Origin: an uncultured Gammaproteobacteria bacterium
GTDB lineage: Bacteria; Patescibacteriota; Patescibacteriia; SG8-24
DNA length: 37,285 bases
Reading direction: 5' to 3'
Assembly: GCA_964487195.1 (NCBI GenBank)
Contig: CAZAPV010000002.1
Span: 1 to 37,285, forward strand
Part shown: positions 24,214 to 33,013 of the stretch, piece after piece
Layout of the letters: every line of letters starts with the position of its first letter
Numbering within the stretch: position 1 is the stretch's first letter
Position numbers and translations under genes: made by a program
Notes under the pieces: model-generated
Database searches by the model: none
What the model saw: only the letters and a program-made list of their open reading frames with translations
What the model was told of the DNA's origin: nothing

Positions 24214-24990
24214 TCAGAGGCCGAACAGCTGTTTGGCGTTGCCGGAGAAGACGAGGTCGTTCTTCGCGCCGAAGACGTCGCGTGCGGCGGCGACGTAGGA
24301 TTTTTGGTCGCTGATCGGCCAGTCGGTGCCGAACAGCACGCGGTCGAGCGATCCCGCCACGCGCCTGTAGTCGCGGATCATGCGCGCGAAGTGCGCGCGG
24401 TCCTCGCCGGTGAAGGCGCCGTAGACGAAGCCGGAGCAGTCGACGTAGACGTTCTTGTTCTTGTAGCACACCTCGGCGGCGTCGATCACCCACGGATAAC
24501 CGACGTGCGCGATGATGATTTTCAGATCGGGCATCTCGGTCGCGAGGTCGTCGATGTGCAGCGGATGCGCGTACTTCAGTTTGGCGGACCCGTGCTTGCA
24601 GTACGTGTCCCCGCTGTGGAAGATCGCCGGCCGCCCGTGCTTTGCGAGCAGCTTCAGATACGGCCGCAGCGACGCGTCGGACGGATAAAAATATTCGTAC
24701 CCCGGATAGAATTTGAGGCCGTGTATTTTTTTCTCCTCGAGCCATCCCTCGACCCTTTTCACGAGCGGCGCCGTTCTTCCGGGCGTCACCGATCCGATTC
24801 CGTGGAGCGTCCCCTCGTACGGCGCGATCGCGTCGAGCATTCTTTCCGTGGGGCAGTCGCTCATGTCGCTCGCGAAGACGAGCGATTTCGCGATCCCCGC
24901 GCGCCGCATCGAGGCGACGAGCTCATCCGGTTTTGCGACGACCCCGGCGGCGCCGCCGAAGAAGACGTGCGTGTGGCTGTCGATGATCAT
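24214..24990 (-). CDS. Metal-dependent amidohydrolase-fold (TIM-barrel) hydrolase
   Basis: MIIDSHTHVF (the HxH metal motif), ..FHSGD.., IIAHVGYPW and ..FGTDWP.. are typical of the amidohydrolase_2 family. RBS GGAGG lies 8 nt upstream of ATG 24990. Confidence 0.8.
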   Translation of the reverse strand: MIIDSHTHVFFGGAAGVVAKPDELVASMRRAGIAKSLVFASDMSDCPTERMLDAIAPYEGTLHGIGSVTPGRTAPLVKRVEGWLEEKKIHGLKFYPGYEYFYPSDASLRPYLKLLAKHGRPAIFHSGDTYCKHGSAKLKYAHPLHIDDLATEMPDLKIIIAHVGYPWVIDAAEVCYKNKNVYVDCSGFVYGAFTGEDRAHFARMIRDYRRVAGSLDRVLFGTDWPISDQKSYVAAARDVFGAKNDLVFSGNAKQLFGL

Positions 24991-25041
24991 GTGAAAGACC
25001 TCCGGCGAGAGTGAATCATCATTTCGCGTCAACGTCAATAC

Positions 25042-25075
25042 AAAAAACGTCCTGCGTTATCGCGGGACGTTTTTT
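25042..25075. terminator. Bidirectional intrinsic terminator
   Basis: AAAAAA-CGTCCTGCG-TTAT-CGCGGGACG-TTTTTT, a 9-bp stem. Confidence 0.75.
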
Positions 25076-25086
25076 GTTCTGTGGAG

Positions 25087-25350
25087 TTATTTCTGCACCT
25101 TGTTCCAGATCATCGCGAAGGCGTAGCCGAACACATAGCCGACGACCGCCGTCGTGACGACGAGGCCGAGCGCCGTCTGCCACATGAACGGCAGCACGAC
25201 GACCGACTCTTGGATCATGTGGAGGCCCATGACCCAGTTAATTAACGGCTGCGCCCAGCCGAAAGCGACGAGCGCGGACCAGGCGACATGTGCCAATCCG
25301 AGCAGCCCGCCCAAGGCGAGACCGACTTTATGAGGGTTGAGATGGTTCAT
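25087..25350 (-). CDS. Small hypothetical membrane protein (three hydrophobic segments)
   Basis: 87 aa, hydrophobic throughout, terminated by the 25042-25075 hairpin. No recognisable family. Confidence 0.5.
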   Translation of the reverse strand: MNHLNPHKVGLALGGLLGLAHVAWSALVAFGWAQPLINWVMGLHMIQESVVVLPFMWQTALGLVVTTAVVGYVFGYAFAMIWNKVQK

Positions 25351-25391
25351 ATGATGGGAGTATAGCAGAAAAAGGCGGCTCCTGCCAGCCG

Positions 25392-25420
25392 TTGACGGGA
25401 GCGGCGGGAGTGCTCACTAT
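25392..25420 (+). promoter_or_regulatory. Sigma70-like promoter for the rfbD-like/cupin operon
   Basis: TTGACG (25392-25397), 17 bp spacer, CACTAT (25415-25420). Confidence 0.4.
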
Positions 25421-25432
25421 GAAGGGAACACC

Positions 25433-26284
25433 ATGCGTATTCTTCTTTTTGGAGGGTCGGGGAGATTGGGCGGCGCGATAAAACGCCAGCTCGGATCCCG
25501 CCACGACATCACCGCCCCGCGGCGCGAAGAGGCGGACATTCTCGATCCGCGCTCGGTTGCCGTCGTCGTCGCGCGCGTCCGGCCCGACTGGATCATCAAC
25601 GCCGCGGCGTACAACAACGTCGACGGTGCGGAAGGGGACGGCGCAGGCGCGGCGTTTCTTTTGAACGCGACCGCCGCCGGCGTGATCGCCGACGCCGCAC
25701 ACGCCGCGAACGCCAAACTGCTCCATGTTTCGACCGACTACGTGTTCGCCGGCGACAAGAAAGACGGCTACGTCGAAGACGACGAACCGGCGCCGATGAG
25801 CGCGTACGGCGCATCGAAATGGCTCGGGGAACTGATGGCGCTCCGCGGGAATCCGCAAACGTACGTCGTGCGGACGTCGCGGCTGTACGGACCGCCCGCC
25901 GAATCGCCGGAGGCGAAAAAAAGTTTCGTCGACATCGTGCGCGAACTCGCCGACCGCGAGCGGTCGTTTTCGATCAACGACGCGGAGGTGTCGGCACCGA
26001 CTTCAGTTGACGACCTTGCGCGGCATCTCGACGAACAGCTGCTCTCCGGCGGAGGGGCGGCGCCGGGGATCTATCACATGGCGAACGGCGGTGGCTGCAC
26101 CTGGTACGAATGGGCGCGCGAAATCGTCTCGACGCTCGGCTTGCCGGCCGAGGTGACGCCGCGCGATCCGTCCGCGTCGCCGCGTCCGGCGAAACGCCCC
26201 GCGTTCTCGGTGCTGCGGTCGACCAAACTGCCGGCGATGCGGCCGTGGCAGGACGCGTTTCATGCATTTTTGAAAGAAGTATGA
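25433..26284 (+). CDS. rfbD: dTDP-4-dehydrorhamnose reductase-like (RmlD family) NDP-4-keto-6-deoxyhexose reductase
   Basis: MRILLFGGSGRLG (Rossmann), INAAAYNNVDGAE, STDYVF.G, and the catalytic YGASK. Confidence 0.85.
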   Translation: MRILLFGGSGRLGGAIKRQLGSRHDITAPRREEADILDPRSVAVVVARVRPDWIINAAAYNNVDGAEGDGAGAAFLLNATAAGVIADAAHAANAKLLHVSTDYVFAGDKKDGYVEDDEPAPMSAYGASKWLGELMALRGNPQTYVVRTSRLYGPPAESPEAKKSFVDIVRELADRERSFSINDAEVSAPTSVDDLARHLDEQLLSGGGAAPGIYHMANGGGCTWYEWAREIVSTLGLPAEVTPRDPSASPRPAKRPAFSVLRSTKLPAMRPWQDAFHAFLKEV

Positions 26285-26853
26285 CGGTCAAGACGATCGC
26301 GACGGAAATCAACGGACTCACGGTCGAGCTGCAGCCGATCTTCGGCGAGGCGGACGGCGCGGTGCTGCACATGCTCCCGGGCGGCACGGAGAATCCGGAA
26401 GGATTCGGCGGGAAGATTTTGGACGTCTACGCGTTCACCGCGAAAGGAAAAAATCGTTTCCGGGGCGGGCACTACCATCCGGCGCTGCACGAACTGTTCT
26501 TCACGCTCTCCGGCACCGCGCTCTGGATCTTTTCGGATTTCCGCGAAGGTTCGCAAAGTTCCGGCAGGACGGTCGGGATGATTGTTGGCGTCGACGCGCC
26601 CGCGGACGCGCACGGCGTGCCGGCCTATGTCACCGCGGACGGGACGCTCGCGCGCGTGCGCGTGCCGGCCGGCGTGTACCACGCGCTGTTTCCATTGACC
26701 GACGAACGTGTCACCACCGCCGCGATCGGTTCGACGCCGTACGATAAAAACGACTATCGATACCCGAACATCGAGGACGTGCCGGGTGCGCTCGAACTGC
26801 TCGGCAGGTTCGGGATCCGTCCGGACGCTACCAGCGGATCAAAAAGTAAATGA
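26281..26853 (+). CDS. Cupin-fold sugar-nucleotide isomerase/epimerase (WxcM/FdtA-like or RmlC-like)
   Basis: ATGA overlap with the rfbD-like stop. FRGGHYHPALHELFFTLSGTALW resembles the RGxHxH...E/Q....G cupin motif of NDP-sugar ketoisomerases. The specific function is uncertain. Confidence 0.55.
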   Translation: MTVKTIATEINGLTVELQPIFGEADGAVLHMLPGGTENPEGFGGKILDVYAFTAKGKNRFRGGHYHPALHELFFTLSGTALWIFSDFREGSQSSGRTVGMIVGVDAPADAHGVPAYVTADGTLARVRVPAGVYHALFPLTDERVTTAAIGSTPYDKNDYRYPNIEDVPGALELLGRFGIRPDATSGSKSK

Positions 26854-27952
26854 CGCGCCACGCTGCCGTCATCAGCGGATTCGCCACCGTCTGCATGAAC
26901 GAACCCGATGCGTCGCCCTCCTGAAACAGGATGCGGCTCTCGGCGCGCGCGAGGAATTCCCTGTCGGAGATCAGCCGCTCGCGCTGTATTTTTTTTCTGC
27001 GGGCGAGCACCCATCGCCAGCTGCCCGCATGCCAGAAGAACGCCCAGGAACGCAGCTTCTCGCGCCACCAGCCGCCCCGCACCGCGAAGGCGAGCGAGAT
27101 CAGTTCGACGCCGAGGATGATCGGTGAAAGCAGGACGAGCGTCGGCATCTCGTAATAACTCAACAGGACGACGAATCGGTTGCGTTCCATCCAGTAGAAT
27201 TTTTTGATGCTCTTCGCGAACTCGTAGTAATGGTAGACGACGCTCGACGGTTCGATCACCGATTTCCAGCCGTGCACGCGCGCATTGAAGCTCGCGTCGA
27301 TGTCTTCGTGATACATGTAGAAACGGCTGTCGAACAGGCCGATCTTTTCCGCGAACGCGACGCGCACGAGCACCGCGGCGCCGGAGACGTACGGCACTTC
27401 GAGGTCCGGATTCGTTTGCCGTTCGGCGGCGAAAAATTTTTCCGCCTGCTCCCGAGTCCAGCGATAGCCGCCGCTGTAACCGTGGCCGAGGAAGTGGTAG
27501 CGGTTGCCGAGACTGTTCACCAGATTCCGTTCGTTGCCGAGCATGACGAGCGATTGCACCAGGGCGATTTTCTGATCGCGCTCCGCGCGCGCGACCGCGG
27601 CGCGCAGGAATCCGGCGTCGATGTCGCAGTCCTGGTTCAGCAGGAAGACGTATTCGCAGCCGTGTTGAATGGCGACATCCAATCCGACGTTGTTCGCGCC
27701 GGAGTAGCCGCCGTCTTTTTCATTTTTGACAAGCGTGAGCGCCGGAAACGAGACGTTCGCGCGGGGCATCCACTCCCGTTCGATGAACGGCCAGCTCGCG
27801 CCGTGCGGCGACGGATTCTCCACGCAGATCACCTCCACCCGTTCGCGCGGGTAGTCCAGCAGTTCGAGCGACCGGAAGCAGCGGGTGATGTCTTCGCGGG
27901 AATTTTTCCCGTTATACGTCAGGTAGATGATCGCGACGCGCGGTTCGTTCAT
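26828..27952 (-). CDS. Family 2 glycosyltransferase with C-terminal membrane segments
   Basis: VAIIYLTYNG...., SGANNVG, LLNQDCDI (DxD), YHEDIDASF (ED motif), and a hydrophobic C-terminal third. Start ATG 27952 overlaps the upstream stop (ATGA). The 3' end overlaps the convergent cupin gene by 26 nt. Confidence 0.85.
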   Translation of the reverse strand: MNEPRVAIIYLTYNGKNSREDITRCFRSLELLDYPRERVEVICVENPSPHGASWPFIEREWMPRANVSFPALTLVKNEKDGGYSGANNVGLDVAIQHGCEYVFLLNQDCDIDAGFLRAAVARAERDQKIALVQSLVMLGNERNLVNSLGNRYHFLGHGYSGGYRWTREQAEKFFAAERQTNPDLEVPYVSGAAVLVRVAFAEKIGLFDSRFYMYHEDIDASFNARVHGWKSVIEPSSVVYHYYEFAKSIKKFYWMERNRFVVLLSYYEMPTLVLLSPIILGVELISLAFAVRGGWWREKLRSWAFFWHAGSWRWVLARRKKIQRERLISDREFLARAESRILFQEGDASGSFMQTVANPLMTAAWRVIYFLIRW

Positions 27953-29751
27953 AGCGATGCGGGCGGTTTCTCCCACTTCCATTTCACCATATATCTGCCC
28001 CAGCTCGCGAGGTGCGCGCGCGCCATCTGGTTGCGCAGCAGATTGTTGAGCAGCCCGGGGATGCGCGCCGACTCTTTGCCGTACGCGTGTTTGATCATCG
28101 TCGACGGGAGGTAGACGACGTCGCGGCCGGAGAGGCGGATGCGGCGGCAGAGGTCGATGTCCTCGAAGTACATGAAGTAGCGGTCGTCGAAGCCGCCCAT
28201 CTCGCGCCAGACAGTCCGCGGCACGAACATCGCGGAGCCCTGCACCCAGTCGACCGCGCGTTCGGCGGCGTGATCGTAGTCCGCCATCGAGAATTTTTCG
28301 GTGTACGCGCGGCCGAACGCCGTTTCTTTGAGCGACGTGCGCTGGATGAACGGCATGTACCACGCCGGGAAGCGGCGGCACGTTTCCTGCAGCCGTCCGT
28401 CGAAGTACAGGATCTTCGGCGCGACGAGGCCGGTCTTCGGATGCGCGGCGAGATAGTCGTGCAGCTTATCGAAGATCGCCGGATCGTCGAGCACGGTGTC
28501 AGGGTTCAGGAAAAAGTAATAGTCGGCGGGGATCTCCGCCGCGCCGCGGTTGCAGGAGCGGCCGAAGCCGTGGTCCGCGCCGCGCAGCAGCACGCGCGCG
28601 TCGTCGAAATATTTCGCGACCAGCTCATTCGCGCGGTACGCGGCCGAGCCGTTGTCCGCGACGACGAGCGCGATCTTCAGTTTCGTCATCCGCCGCGCGT
28701 TCGCGAGCGACGCGAGGCAGGCGTCGTTCAGATCGTTGTGCGACACCATGATGATGGCGACATCCGCTTCCGATGGCGCGTCATCGGCCGGCCGTTCGAT
28801 CGCGAGCCGCCGGACGAACCGCCGTTTTTCCATCAGATGCGTCCATGCGCGGGCGGTGTCGCGGACTGCGCGCGACAGGAAATCCGGACGCCGGCACAGC
28901 CAGTAGAGTGCCTTCGCCGCCTCATACGGGAGGACGAAAATGTTTTCGGAAGAGAACGGGGAGCGGCAGTGCGCGAACAGCGTCCAGAGATGGTTGCGGT
29001 ATGACTGATACCGCGCTGCAGGAGAAGGGGTCCGCGCGACCCCCGCGCCGACCGAGCGGCGGTGGTAGGCGACCGCCGCGGGAACGACGGCGGCGGTATA
29101 GCCGCCCGCGCACAGCCGCAGCGCGAGGTCCACGTCTTCCTTATATGATACGTACGACGCGTCGAACAGCGCGCCGTCCATGCTGACGCGGCGGACCGCC
29201 GCGGCGCGATACATCGGAAGGCAGCCCGACACGCCGAGCACGTCGGTCGGCACGATCGTCGGCGCCCCTTCCGGTTTTCCGGCGCCGATGTCCGCGATCG
29301 CGCCTGTCCGTTTTTTCGCGAGCCCCAGGGAGTCGATGATCCGCGTCCTGCCGCGATCCGGTTCCGCGCGCCGGTCGAAATTCCAGCGGTAGATTTTTCC
29401 TGACACCGCCGCGCATTCCGGATGCGCGCCGAGGTATGCGGCGCAGTGCCGCAGATAATCCGGTTCGAGGATCGCGTCGTCATTCAGCAGCTGGACGTAC
29501 TCGCCGTCGTGTTTCGAAAAAAGAAGATTATGCGCGCCGGCGAAACCGACGTTCTGTTCGACGCGATGGAGTTCGGCAGGAAGTCCGGAGTCGGCGACCG
29601 CGCGGCGGATCGCCTCCGCTTCCTCGGGGCGCGAGCCGTTGTCCAGCACGAACAGCCGCCAGGTGCGATCGGTTTGCTCGGCGAGCGAGCGGAACAGAGA
29701 GGGGAGGTAGCGGCTGCCGTTGTAGCAGGAGAGTTGCAGGGCGAGTTTCAT
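27949..29751 (-). CDS. Two-domain family 2 glycosyltransferase (tandem GT2 modules)
   Basis: Module 1: LQLSCYNGSRYL...LFVLDNGS...LLNDDAIL. Module 2: VAIIMVSHNDL...VVADNGS...FLNPDTVL...YFEDIDLC. Confidence 0.85.
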   Translation of the reverse strand: MKLALQLSCYNGSRYLPSLFRSLAEQTDRTWRLFVLDNGSRPEEAEAIRRAVADSGLPAELHRVEQNVGFAGAHNLLFSKHDGEYVQLLNDDAILEPDYLRHCAAYLGAHPECAAVSGKIYRWNFDRRAEPDRGRTRIIDSLGLAKKRTGAIADIGAGKPEGAPTIVPTDVLGVSGCLPMYRAAAVRRVSMDGALFDASYVSYKEDVDLALRLCAGGYTAAVVPAAVAYHRRSVGAGVARTPSPAARYQSYRNHLWTLFAHCRSPFSSENIFVLPYEAAKALYWLCRRPDFLSRAVRDTARAWTHLMEKRRFVRRLAIERPADDAPSEADVAIIMVSHNDLNDACLASLANARRMTKLKIALVVADNGSAAYRANELVAKYFDDARVLLRGADHGFGRSCNRGAAEIPADYYFFLNPDTVLDDPAIFDKLHDYLAAHPKTGLVAPKILYFDGRLQETCRRFPAWYMPFIQRTSLKETAFGRAYTEKFSMADYDHAAERAVDWVQGSAMFVPRTVWREMGGFDDRYFMYFEDIDLCRRIRLSGRDVVYLPSTMIKHAYGKESARIPGLLNNLLRNQMARAHLASWGRYMVKWKWEKPPASL

Positions 29752-30605
29752 ATGCTGTTCTTCAGCCAGTCCCAGCCGTCCGCGGCGGCCGCGGCGGCGA
29801 GGCCGAACGGCCGCGTCGTTTCGAGCAGCGCGACACGCCAGCCGGGATGATGTTTGCGGAAGTAGCGCACCATGCTCGCGCCGAATATTTTTTGCGTCTC
29901 CCGCCGTTTCATCTGCGAGACGCTCCGGCCGACGTAATCGCGTGCGGTCGCTTCGGCGGCGTAGCGGATGCGCAGTCCTTTGGCGCGCACGCGGCGGCAG
30001 TAGTCCACCTCCTCGAACCAGATGTGAAATCCGTCATCGAGGTAGCCGACCGTGTCGAGCAGTTCGCGGCGGAACGCGAAAAAGGAGCCACGCACCTGGT
30101 CCACGTCCTGCGAGCGGCCGTAGTCGAAGTCCGAAAACATGTAACGGCCGAGCAGGTTCGGAAACGCGCGCCCGAGTTTGAGTAGGATCAAGAGCTGCGA
30201 CCAGACGTCCGGAAAACGCCGGACCGAATTGATCGGCTTGCCGTTCTGGCCGACGAGCCGGATCCCGAGCACGCCGATCGAACGGTCGCGCAGCAGTTTT
30301 TCGTATGTCATTTCGAGCGCCCCCGGCTCGACCAGCATGTCCGGATTGAGCAGGACCGCCACTTCGCCTTTCGCGAGGCGCAGCGCCTGGTTGTTCGGCC
30401 CGGCGAACCCCGCATCCCAGTCGTTCGTGATCAGCTTGACGCGCGGGAACTCCTCGCGTACCATGCGCGCGGTCCCGTCGTGCGACCCGTTATCGACGAC
30501 GAACACCTCGAATTCGAGCGGCGTCGCGAGCGAAAATAGGCGCGTCAAATTGGCGCGCAGCAGCTCGCGGACGTTCCAGCTCACGATCACGACGCTCATC
30601 TGCAT
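29748..30605 (-). CDS. Family 2 glycosyltransferase
   Basis: MSVVIVSWNV....VFVVDNGSHDGT...AGPNNQA...LLNPDMLV...WFEEVDYC. ATGA overlap with the downstream gene. Alternative start at 30599. Confidence 0.85.
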   Translation of the reverse strand: MQMSVVIVSWNVRELLRANLTRLFSLATPLEFEVFVVDNGSHDGTARMVREEFPRVKLITNDWDAGFAGPNNQALRLAKGEVAVLLNPDMLVEPGALEMTYEKLLRDRSIGVLGIRLVGQNGKPINSVRRFPDVWSQLLILLKLGRAFPNLLGRYMFSDFDYGRSQDVDQVRGSFFAFRRELLDTVGYLDDGFHIWFEEVDYCRRVRAKGLRIRYAAEATARDYVGRSVSQMKRRETQKIFGASMVRYFRKHHPGWRVALLETTRPFGLAAAAAADGWDWLKNSI

Positions 30606-30608
30606 AAC

Positions 30609-30637
30609 TTGACGCTCGGGTACGCGATGACTACAGT
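30609..30637 (+). promoter_or_regulatory. Sigma70-like promoter for rfbF-rfbG-epimerase
   Basis: TTGACG (30609-30614), 17 bp spacer, TACAGT (30632-30637). The implied start site lies downstream of the track starts at 30609 and 30627, which supports ATG 30666. Confidence 0.5.
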
Positions 30638-30665
30638 AGATTCGTCACTTGATCCCGCCTATCGT

Positions 30666-31490
30666 ATGGAAAACGCGGTCAAACGTCAATCAGTTCCGGT
30701 CGTCATCATGTGCGGCGGCTTGGGCACGCGGCTGCGCGAAGAGACCGAGTTCAAGCCGAAGCCGATGGTGGAGATCGGCGGCCGGCCGATTCTCTGGCAC
30801 ATCATGAAAATCTACGCGCACCAAGGATACAAGGATTTCGTCCTGTGCCTCGGCTACCGCGGCCAGCAGATCAAGGAATATTTCCTGAACCACCGGCTGC
30901 TGAACGGCGATTTCCATCTCGATCTCGCCACGAACGTGGCGACGCCGCTCGGCGCGGAACGCGGCGACGATTTTCGGATCACGTTCGTCGACACCGGCGT
31001 CGACACGCTCACCGGCGAGCGGCTGCTGCGCGCGCGGAAGCATCTCGGCGACCGCGAATTCATGCTGACGTACGGCGACGGCGTCGCGGATATTTCTCTC
31101 GATGCGCTGCGCCGCTTCCATGAAGAAAAACGCGCGTCCACCGACGTCGTCGGCACGGTGACCGGCATCCATCCGAAGTCGAAATACGGCCTCGTGCACG
31201 CGGACGACGACAACGTCGTCACCTCCTTCGTCGAGAAGCCGCGGCTTCCGGATTACACGAATGGCGGGTTCATGGTGCTCGAGCAGGATTTCCTTCACTA
31301 CTGCAAACCGGGACGGATGGTGGAAGAGGCGCTGATCGACGCGACGGCGGACAAAAAAATCGCGCTGTATCCGCACGAGGGGTTCTGGCATTGCATGGAT
31401 ACGTACAAAGACAAGGAAGATTTGGAAAAAATGTGGATGACCGACCCGAAATGGGCGGTATGGAAACAGCGGGCGACCGCGCAGCTATGA
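30666..31490 (+). CDS. rfbF: Glucose-1-phosphate cytidylyltransferase
   Basis: VVIMCGGLGTRLREETEFKPKPMVEIGGRPILWHIMKIYAHQGYKDFVLCLGYRGQQIKEYFLNH closely follows the RfbF/DdhA N-terminal consensus. Confidence 0.9.
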   Translation: MENAVKRQSVPVVIMCGGLGTRLREETEFKPKPMVEIGGRPILWHIMKIYAHQGYKDFVLCLGYRGQQIKEYFLNHRLLNGDFHLDLATNVATPLGAERGDDFRITFVDTGVDTLTGERLLRARKHLGDREFMLTYGDGVADISLDALRRFHEEKRASTDVVGTVTGIHPKSKYGLVHADDDNVVTSFVEKPRLPDYTNGGFMVLEQDFLHYCKPGRMVEEALIDATADKKIALYPHEGFWHCMDTYKDKEDLEKMWMTDPKWAVWKQRATAQL

Positions 31491-32524
31491 TGCAATTTTC
31501 TTCCGAACGGCGGCGATTTTGGAAGGACCGGAACGTGTTCGTCACCGGCGGGTTCGGGCTGCTCGGCTCCACGCTCGTGGAATGTTTGTACGAGCTCGGC
31601 GCGCGCGTCGTCGTGTTGAAACGGGATCATGTGCCGGCGAGCCGGCTGTTCGAGACCGCGGCGATCAAGGACGTCACCGTCGTGAACGGCGATTTCGAAG
31701 ATTACGATGCGGTCTACCGCGCGCTGAACGACTACGAAGCGGACACGGTGTTCCATGTCGGCGCGCAGGCGATCGCGCCGATCGCGAACCGCGCGCCGGT
31801 TCCGACGCTCAAAGCGAACATCATGGGCACGGTGAACGTGCTCGAAGCGGCGCGGCTGTCGCCGACCGTGAAGCGCGTGCTCGTCGCGTCGTCCGACAAG
31901 GCGTACGGCGCGCAGCCGGTGCTGCCGTATTCGGAAGACGCCCCGCTCCGCGGGACGCATCCGTACGACGTTTCCAAATCCTGCGCCGATCTGCTCGCCG
32001 GGATGTACCACGTCACGTTCGGCCTGCCGGTGTGCATCACCCGCTGCGGCAACCTGTACGGCCCGGGCGATCTCAACTTCAGCCGGATCATCCCCGACAC
32101 GATCCGCCGCGCGCTCTCCGGAGAAGCGCCGGTGATCAGGAGCGACGGCAAATTCATCCGCGATTATTTCTTCGTGAAAGACGCAGCGAATGCCTACCTG
32201 ACGCTCGCGGAGAACATGCACCGCCCCGACATCGTCGGACAGGCGTTCAATTTCAGCACCGGCAACCGATTCACGGTGGTGGACATCGTGAAGAAAGTGC
32301 TCGAGGCGGTCGGAAGCGACCACGAGCCGGTGATCCTGAACCAGGCGAAGGCGGAGATCCATGACCAGACGCTGTCGAGCGAAAAGGCGAAGCGCCTGCT
32401 CGGATGGCAGCCGTCGTATTCCGTCGAAGAAGGGCTCGCGGAAACCGTGGCGTGGTATAAAAAATATCTCGCGTCCGAAAAGGTCCGCCCGGCGCTCGCG
32501 TACGCGGACGCGCTGATGTCCTGA
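31487..32524 (+). CDS. rfbG: CDP-glucose 4,6-dehydratase
   Basis: ATGA overlap with rfbF. FWKDRNVFVTGGFGLLGS (Rossmann), SSDKAYG, and the catalytic YDVSK. Length and context fit RfbG/DdhB. Confidence 0.9.
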   Translation: MMQFSSERRRFWKDRNVFVTGGFGLLGSTLVECLYELGARVVVLKRDHVPASRLFETAAIKDVTVVNGDFEDYDAVYRALNDYEADTVFHVGAQAIAPIANRAPVPTLKANIMGTVNVLEAARLSPTVKRVLVASSDKAYGAQPVLPYSEDAPLRGTHPYDVSKSCADLLAGMYHVTFGLPVCITRCGNLYGPGDLNFSRIIPDTIRRALSGEAPVIRSDGKFIRDYFFVKDAANAYLTLAENMHRPDIVGQAFNFSTGNRFTVVDIVKKVLEAVGSDHEPVILNQAKAEIHDQTLSSEKAKRLLGWQPSYSVEEGLAETVAWYKKYLASEKVRPALAYADALMS

Positions 32525-32527
32525 ACG

Positions 32528-32968
32528 ATGGCGCAGATCGAAGGCGTGCTCGTCACGCCGCTCACGATCATCAAGGACGAGCGCGGACAGGTGATGCACA
32601 TGCTCCGCGCCGACGCGCCGCATTTCCAAAAATTCGGCGAAGCGTATTTTTCGCTGATCAACCCCGGCGCCGTGAAAGCATGGAAGGTGCACGACCTCGC
32701 CTCCGCGAACATCGCCGTGCCGGTCGGCCGCGCGACGTTCGTGCTCCACGACAGCCGCGACACGTCGCCGACGCGCGGCGCTTTCCAGGAGGTCGCGCTC
32801 GGGGAGGACGACTACAAGCTGCTCACGATCCCGCCCGGCGTCGCGTACGGTTGGCGCAACGACGGCGCGTCGCCCGCCCTTATCGCCAACTGCTCGACCG
32901 AACCGCACCGCCAGGGCGAAGGACGCAACCTCCCGATCGACGCGTTCAGCTACCGCTGGGAAGAATAA
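32528..32968 (+). CDS. RmlC-like cupin, NDP-4-keto-6-deoxyhexose epimerase-like
   Basis: 146 aa. DERG.......F.Q...S....G..K.WH......... and IP.GVAYGW resemble the dTDP-4-dehydrorhamnose 3,5-epimerase family. It starts 4 nt after rfbG. Confidence 0.7.
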   Translation: MAQIEGVLVTPLTIIKDERGQVMHMLRADAPHFQKFGEAYFSLINPGAVKAWKVHDLASANIAVPVGRATFVLHDSRDTSPTRGAFQEVALGEDDYKLLTIPPGVAYGWRNDGASPALIANCSTEPHRQGEGRNLPIDAFSYRWEE

Positions 32969-32995
32969 AAAATCCCCCGAGAAGAAGGGGGATTT
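32966..32995. terminator. Hairpin terminator between convergent genes (stronger on the minus strand)
   Basis: ATCCCCC-GAGAAGAA-GGGGGAT. On the minus strand it is followed by TTTTTTATT, and on the plus strand only by TTTCG. Confidence 0.6.
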
Positions 32996-33013
32996 CGCGC
33001 GTCGTCGTCCGCG

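Noticed and set aside
23552-24745. 397-aa ORF extending the exonuclease upstream into the amidohydrolase gene region.
   Set aside because: The extension crosses the terminator at 24183-24207 and the palindromic element, and it overlaps the amidohydrolase CDS out of frame. The DEDDh domain begins at MKECYISVDIETTG, which has its own GGAGG RBS.
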